From positions 1 to 48,348 of the forward strand of contig CAWDYC010000002.1 in the NCBI GenBank assembly GCA_963806535.1: DNA of 48,348 nt. Direction: 5' to 3'. Shown in pieces: positions 42,891-48,348 of the stretch. The number at the start of each line of letters is the position of its first letter. Position 1 is the first letter of the stretch. Below the pieces are notes generated by a model. The model did not search any database and had not been told where the DNA came from. It saw only the letters and a program-made list of their open reading frames with translations. Position numbers and translations under genes: made by a program. The DNA is from Candidatus Bathyarchaeota archaeon. Lineage in GTDB: Archaea; Thermoproteota; Bathyarchaeia; Bathyarchaeales; Bathycorpusculaceae.

Positions 42891-43166
42891 AGGTTAAACC
42901 TCGTTAACTTTCATGTTTAGCGTGGACAAGTGAGCATTAGAATGTGGAGTTCCACGTCGCTTGTGGATAGAACAGCTTTGGTTTCGGCTGATTGGCTACC
43001 ACAAGTCATGATAACTTTGCGTGTGTTTAATGCCATATTTACCACTTTCATGATGAGAGTTAGCCCACTAAAATAGCATTTATTCTATATAACTTTGTTG
43101 ATAATCATTTATATGTAACTTCATGAAATATGTAAACTAAACGAAACATATATCAGGTGACTGATT

Positions 43167-44270
43167 TTGGCAGAAAAAGACCTAGGCTATAGACGAGTTC
43201 AATGCACAGGAAGAGGCTCGTACATAATATCACTACCAAAAGAATGGGTTCAAGACCTAGAATTGAAACGAGGCAGCGAAATAGCCTTCAACATCCAACC
43301 GGATTCCACACTGACCTTAGTTCCTAGAAAAATCCAGGAAAAAGAAGGCAGAGGCAACGAAGCCAAACCAAAAGAGTACTACATCAACATAGACCCCAAA
43401 GAAAACATACAATCCATACTTCGCATGATTCGAGCGTTATACGCTATAGGAGCCGACATAATAAGAGTCCACTTCAAAAACCCTCAAGACGCTGTGAAAT
43501 ACAAAAACGAAATAAAAAATCTCTCCAGAGACAACTTTTTAGGTTCAGAAATAATCGATGAAACTGCAGACGAAATAACTCTGCAAATCCTCATAAAGCA
43601 CTCAGAGTTTCCCATTGAAAAAGCCGTTAGAAGAATGGCAATCGTAGCATTGTCTGCAAACAGAGACGCCATAGCCGCCCTAAAAGACAAAAACACCGCA
43701 CTCTTTGACAGCGTAATCCACTCCCACAACGATGTAAACCGCTTGGGACTATACATTGTTCGCCAGCTAAAATATGGGATAGAACGAAACCTCTTTCGGG
43801 AACTCGGTTTTAAAACCCCAAAAGAATTCCTTCTCTACCGCATCGCCGTAAATGACATTGAAAGTATTGCCCAAAACGCAATGAACATAATCAATCACTT
43901 GGGCGCTCTCCAAAAACTAATCGATGATGAAACCCTTTTCGTAAAAGATCCTATAGATGAAGAAATATATAATCAACTAGTCAATTTCAGCTCACAGGCA
44001 CACCAACTATACGATGACTCGATAAAAGCCCTGTTCAAGAGAGAATACAAAGACGCTGAAAAATTAATTTCAAAACGAGAATCGCTGCATCCGCTCGAAA
44101 ACGAATTAATCATGCTCATGTCAAGCAAAAAACTTGATCCAAACATTGCTTCAGTACTTCGATTGATTTTTGACAGTTCAAGACGCATAATGGATTACAG
44201 CGGAAACATGGCAGAGCTAACGCTTAACAGAACAGTAGAAGAACTGTGCTCGACTTTAACTTACAAATAA
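43167..44270 (+). CDS. phoU: AbrB-PhoU family regulator
   Basis: RRVQCTGRGSYIISLPKEW AbrB domain, LG.EIIDE, two PhoU helical repeats (NDIESIA, RRIMDY..NMAE). Confidence 0.85.
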   Translation: MAEKDLGYRRVQCTGRGSYIISLPKEWVQDLELKRGSEIAFNIQPDSTLTLVPRKIQEKEGRGNEAKPKEYYINIDPKENIQSILRMIRALYAIGADIIRVHFKNPQDAVKYKNEIKNLSRDNFLGSEIIDETADEITLQILIKHSEFPIEKAVRRMAIVALSANRDAIAALKDKNTALFDSVIHSHNDVNRLGLYIVRQLKYGIERNLFRELGFKTPKEFLLYRIAVNDIESIAQNAMNIINHLGALQKLIDDETLFVKDPIDEEIYNQLVNFSSQAHQLYDDSIKALFKREYKDAEKLISKRESLHPLENELIMLMSSKKLDPNIASVLRLIFDSSRRIMDYSGNMAELTLNRTVEELCSTLTYK

Positions 44271-44431
44271 TCCAACATTTCATATTTATGGATTAAAAAC
44301 CAAACCAGTTAGCAATCAAGACAATGAGGGCTTCAGTACTTGCCGTCAGTGGTTAATTACGGAATATCAAAAAAATAATTTTGCGAGGAAATTGTTGGTA
44401 CTGATAGCTCTCCAACGGGTTGCAGCGTTAC

Positions 44432-45958
44432 TTAGCGTGATTTGTCCACCAGTTGCTTCGCAACCCTGTATCCGCATATAACAGTGCCTGAATGCCCCTC
44501 ACCAGGAAATGCCCAAGCAGAACTCAAATACAGGTTCTTAATAGGGCACTTTAATTCCCTATCCATCGGCGTAAACTGGTCTGTGGTGTTAGCCCAACCA
44601 TACATTGCGCCGTTAGGGTTGCCCGAATATCGTTTGAGCGTTAAAGGCGTCGCAATCTCGATGGTTTCAACATGTTTGGATAACTCAGGGATGATTTTTT
44701 CTGCTCTCTTGATTAATGCCGCTGCCAGCCGGTCTTTTTCTTTGTTGTATTCAGCTTTGTTTCCCAATTTGTAGTCTGCTTCAAACTTCTTCCAATAACT
44801 AAACGGATGAATCTGAACCAGTCCCGCTACAAATTTGCCGTCCTTAGCCAATGACCCGTCAATGTTTGAGAACAAAGTGATCATGAAGCAGGCTTTCTCA
44901 AAATTATTATTCAAAGAATCCGCGTAATCTTGGGTAAGGTCGTAAGTGTCGGAAACGATGATTTCGAAATCCTGTTTGTCAATTTTTTCCTTGAAAGTTT
45001 CGTCTAAGCCAAGGAACACTAAGAAGCCTGAGTCGGACAGCTGCATCTTTCCCAATTTGGCTAAAAATTTAGCGGGAACTTTGTCTCCGCCTATAAGGTT
45101 TTGGAAAGTCAACATTGGGTTAACGTTTGAGATTATATTTTTTGCGAGGTATTTTTGACCCTTTGCAGTTTGAACGCCGACTGCTTTGCCGTTTTCAACG
45201 TTAACTGAGGTAACTTCTGACCCTAAAAGAATACTCCCGTTTTTGCGTTTGATGGCAGCAACAAAGGCATCCGTTAACACTTGATCGCCCCCCTTAGGAT
45301 AGTATGCGCCTTCCAACCAGAAACCCATATTAGCAAACAACGGTAAAAGGTTCATTTTACTCGGTGGCAAAGCAAAATAGCCATAGTTGGCAAAAAGCAG
45401 CGCTTTCAGTTTTTCATCCTTAAGATGCTTGTCGAGAAGCTGTTTGACTGATTTTTTCATGTTTCGAAAGAGAGCGCCATACTTCAGCGGAAACGTTGGT
45501 AGTTGCTGCCACATAGGAGCCGTCTGGGGCATAAATCTGTTAATGTCCTCGTAAATTTTGCCTGCTTCTCTGAAAAAGTTTTGAATTCCCTCTTTTTCTT
45601 CTGGAAAGTTAGCATCAAGAACACGGATAAATTCATCTATGTTTCCGCATGGTAGCCGAAGGTCATGTCCAGGAAAAACCAACCTCATCCAATTCTTTAA
45701 TTTAATGAACTCTACGCCGTCAACGCCACAGGATTCAAAAAGCTTACCCATGCTCTGTCCATGAGCAGCAGCTTCAATCATGTGAAGCCCTGAATCAAAA
45801 GTGAAAGCGCCTCTTTTGAAACTTGTCGCATATCCACCGGGCACATTATTTTTCTCTAAAACCAGTACTTTCCAATTGTTTTTAGCAAGGTAGGCAGCGC
45901 ATGATAGCCCTCCAAGACCCGCACCTACTATTATAGCATCATAATTATTAGCTGACAT
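44432..45958 (-). CDS. Phytoene desaturase/retinol saturase-family FAD oxidoreductase
   Basis: GAGLGGL, EKNNVPGG, FDSG, YPKGG, ATPLTLKRY..GAMYG, NLYLSSAWAFPGEG. Confidence 0.87.
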   Translation of the reverse strand: MSANNYDAIIVGAGLGGLSCAAYLAKNNWKVLVLEKNNVPGGYATSFKRGAFTFDSGLHMIEAAAHGQSMGKLFESCGVDGVEFIKLKNWMRLVFPGHDLRLPCGNIDEFIRVLDANFPEEKEGIQNFFREAGKIYEDINRFMPQTAPMWQQLPTFPLKYGALFRNMKKSVKQLLDKHLKDEKLKALLFANYGYFALPPSKMNLLPLFANMGFWLEGAYYPKGGDQVLTDAFVAAIKRKNGSILLGSEVTSVNVENGKAVGVQTAKGQKYLAKNIISNVNPMLTFQNLIGGDKVPAKFLAKLGKMQLSDSGFLVFLGLDETFKEKIDKQDFEIIVSDTYDLTQDYADSLNNNFEKACFMITLFSNIDGSLAKDGKFVAGLVQIHPFSYWKKFEADYKLGNKAEYNKEKDRLAAALIKRAEKIIPELSKHVETIEIATPLTLKRYSGNPNGAMYGWANTTDQFTPMDRELKCPIKNLYLSSAWAFPGEGHSGTVICGYRVAKQLVDKSR

Positions 45959-46077
45959 ATTACTTCACAATTATGCTGTTACTGAAAATCAGAGATAACT
46001 CCTTCTAAACAGAAACTATGAAATATAATAATCAATTATAAAACACAAGGTATCCTGCATAGAAAGTGACTTGGTAA

Positions 46078-46844
46078 TTGAAGGAACTCTGCAACCTCTT
46101 ATTTGAGCTTTCAAACGAAGACCGACTCAACATACTGCAAGAACTCAAGAGGAATCCAATGAAGCTGTCTCGCATTTCTGAAAAATTCAACTTCACCGTC
46201 CCAGAAACCGCACGAAACGTGACGAGACTAAATGAAGCAGCCCTCATCGCTAAAGATGCCAGACGGGTATTATCACATAACGCCCATAGGAGAAGCAACA
46301 TTACAGTTCATTCCAAGCTTCGAATTCATCTCTAAGAATAAAAAATACTTCAAAACTCACACTATCTCGAACTTACCTCCAGAATACACTGCAAGCATAG
46401 GCGCGTTGCAAAAAAGCAACTTCGTAAACGAAGTCACAGTAACCATGTTTAACTTAGAAAATATGATACGAGACGCCAAAGAGTTCATTTGGATCAGCGT
46501 GGACCAAATTCTTGCAAGCGCACTGCCACTCTTCGCGGAAGCTACCGCACGAGAGGTAGAAATCAAAAAGTTAATGCCCAGAAACGCAGCCATTCCCCAA
46601 AGCATCATGACGCTTGCTAACGACCCCGTTTTTGAACGTGCTGCCAGAGCGAAGTTGCTGGAAAGCCGATACTTGGACAAGCTTGACGTGGTAATTATGC
46701 ATTTCTGAGAAAGAAGTTGCTGCCATTAGCTTTCAAAACTTAGAGGGCACATTTGACTACGAATCGTTTAGAACCAGCAACGAGGCAGCGCTTAACTGGA
46801 CAAAATCTTTATTTCTTCATTACTGGGAAAGAGCAAAACGATAA
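46078..46844 (+). CDS. ArsR-like HTH regulator with a DUF1724/FilR1-type C-terminal region, two frameshifts
   Basis: LFELSNEDRLNIL, ETARNVTRL, YHITPIG, YFKTH...LP; ends WTKSLFLHYWERAKR*. Confidence 0.75.
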
Positions 46845-46876
46845 CTTCAAAGCATTTTTTAGAAATTGACAAGGTT

Positions 46877-48092
46877 TCAGTTTTTCTCATTAATAACCTG
46901 AGATATCAGGAGCGCCGCATTTTTCGCCCCATTAGTTGGGAATGGAGCATAATTAACCTGTTTGCCAAAGTTTGATAGCACAGCCGCTGCCAGCAGTTCA
47001 GGAGTAGTTTTCGAAAAGTCCATTCTGACGCCAGCTCCGTGACGTTCGACACCTAATCGCCACATCCGACTTCCTGTTCGACATGTTGCTTTAGCGGGAA
47101 ATACAGAAAAGGCCGACCTAGCGCCGTTAACTCCAAAGTCACCGTTCCACCTCCAGTAACGATGCAGAGGTCCGCAGCTGCCAAATGTTTGTACAACTCT
47201 GGCACGTACCCTCTAACCTCGACACCTTCAGGCGCTTGAATCGACTCTGGCTTGAGCGAGAGGCCCACAAACCAAGACCATTTTCAGCTCTGGAAGCGCC
47301 TTTTTCAGGATGGGGTATGCCTGTGAGCATAAACTCAAGAGTTCCTTTCCTGCAGAAGTGCCACCGATAGAGCAGACGATTAACGGTTCATTACCATAAC
47401 CTAGAAGATGTCGAACCCTCTCTTTATCGCGGTATTCCTCAGGATTAAAAGAAAGCACATAACCCACAAAATCCACATGCTCAACGGCAAGCTTCCGCCT
47501 GTTCGGAAGCATAAACCCAAACTTTTTATCAGGAATATCCGCAACTTCACCTATGAACAGACTTCGGTCAGCTACTGATTTCCCAGCCTGCAAACCCTTA
47601 GCCCAAAGCCGATTAATCATATAAGCTGCGAAAGCATCAATAGGACTCTAGTCACGCGATCCAGCCCGATGGCAGTCATAAATCATAACGAACCTAAAGT
47701 TTCTAAAGTCAGGATTGCCAACCCTCTCTATCAACACTTCGTAGGCTTCGTCTCCAACCACCAAGTCGAAATGTTCCTTTTCAACAAGCTTAGCCACAAC
47801 CAGAGCATTAGCCTTCCAGTCTTTCCTCATGCTCATTATCCACTTCACCAGGTTAGCTTTGTAGCCTTTAGCAGAGCTATCCAGTTTCTCATTGGCGTGA
47901 GCCCAGAACCTGACCTCAGGAAGAAGCTTCTCTCCAGCCTTGCTCCAGAACCATGCTGGCAGGGTCATCAGCCAACCAACAAATCTCTACGCTGGGCTCA
48001 ATTTTTCGCAAGGCTTTGACAATCTCAAGATCTCTTCCAACATGCCCCAAACCCAGAGAACCGCTGATAAAAAGCACCCTTTTCCTATCCAT
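46877..48092 (-). CDS. GT-B fold glycosyltransferase (GT28-like), about 4 frameshifts
   Basis: FISGSLGLGHVGRD, DLVVGDE, SIGGTSAG, LAAADLCIVTGGGTVTLE, HVEQ. Confidence 0.78.
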
Positions 48093-48197
48093 CTTTCCCC
48101 AAACTCCGCTCTATACCTTCTTTAATAGACATTTTCAGCCATACTTTATATACTAAACCGATTTTCCTTCAACAAACGCCTCGCGTTAATGAAGTTG

Positions 48198-48305
48198 TGG
48201 TGCTCCAGCCGGGATTTGGACCCGGGTCGCGACTGAAGAGGCGGGCTATACTTCATCCCTTAATCAGAAGTCTTAGTAAGGTTTAACCGGTTTATGTACC
48301 GGAGC
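48198..48305 (-). tRNA. tRNA-Glu-like element with encoded CCA; D and anticodon region interrupted or rearranged (pseudo-tRNA or intron-containing)
   Basis: Minus strand GCTCCGGTA...GTATAGCCCG...CGACCCGGGTCCAAATCCCGGCTGGAGCACCA; acceptor stem and T arm intact; TATA-like TATTTAT about 30 nt upstream. Confidence 0.55.
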
Positions 48306-48348
48306 ATTCGCAAGAGGGTAAGTCTCTAACAAATAAATATGTTTTTAT

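Noticed and set aside
43050-43165. ATGATGA as box C of a C/D sRNA
   Set aside because: No correctly spaced D', C' or D boxes.
37631-44350. CCGTCAGT at 37631 and 44343 as direct repeats flanking the glt-phoU block
   Set aside because: Only 8 bp with no extension; expected by chance.
233-48156. Numerous antisense or overlapping ORFs in the track (e.g. 13587-13907, 29598-30134, 41668-42150)
   Set aside because: They shadow well-supported genes on the other strand or frame and have no motifs.

Overview
Chromosomal segment of a TACK-type archaeon, most likely Bathyarchaeia (inferred from the PolB1-type polymerase, the exosome/proteasome superoperon, the S13-S4-S11-RpoD-L18e-L13-S9-RpoN operon and the split glutamate synthase). 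Most of the window is housekeeping: thermosome, ThyA-like, two MoeA, agmatinase, AglB/AglH, PolB1, NSUN methyltransferase, TopA, CarS, RadB, Clp1, XPD, Nth, PsmA-SBDS-Rrp4/41/42-L37ae-Pcc1 and ribosomal genes. Many essential genes carry single frameshifts, which points to sequencing or assembly indels rather than real pseudogenes. The most striking unexplained signal is a non-coding element present twice (about 18.6 kb and 37.5 kb). Each copy is a helically phased array of 6-7 ten-bp units ending in GTC or GAC, fused to a conserved 61-bp core starting GCAACCTGCAAAC, and lies at the right edge of a small accessory gene patch. Other notable items: a rearranged tRNA-Glu-like element at the window end, an OSTC/DC2-OST3/6-like membrane protein, a structured leader with a uORF before the glutamate synthase operon, a CTG start for rps11, and two unannotated zinc-finger microproteins.
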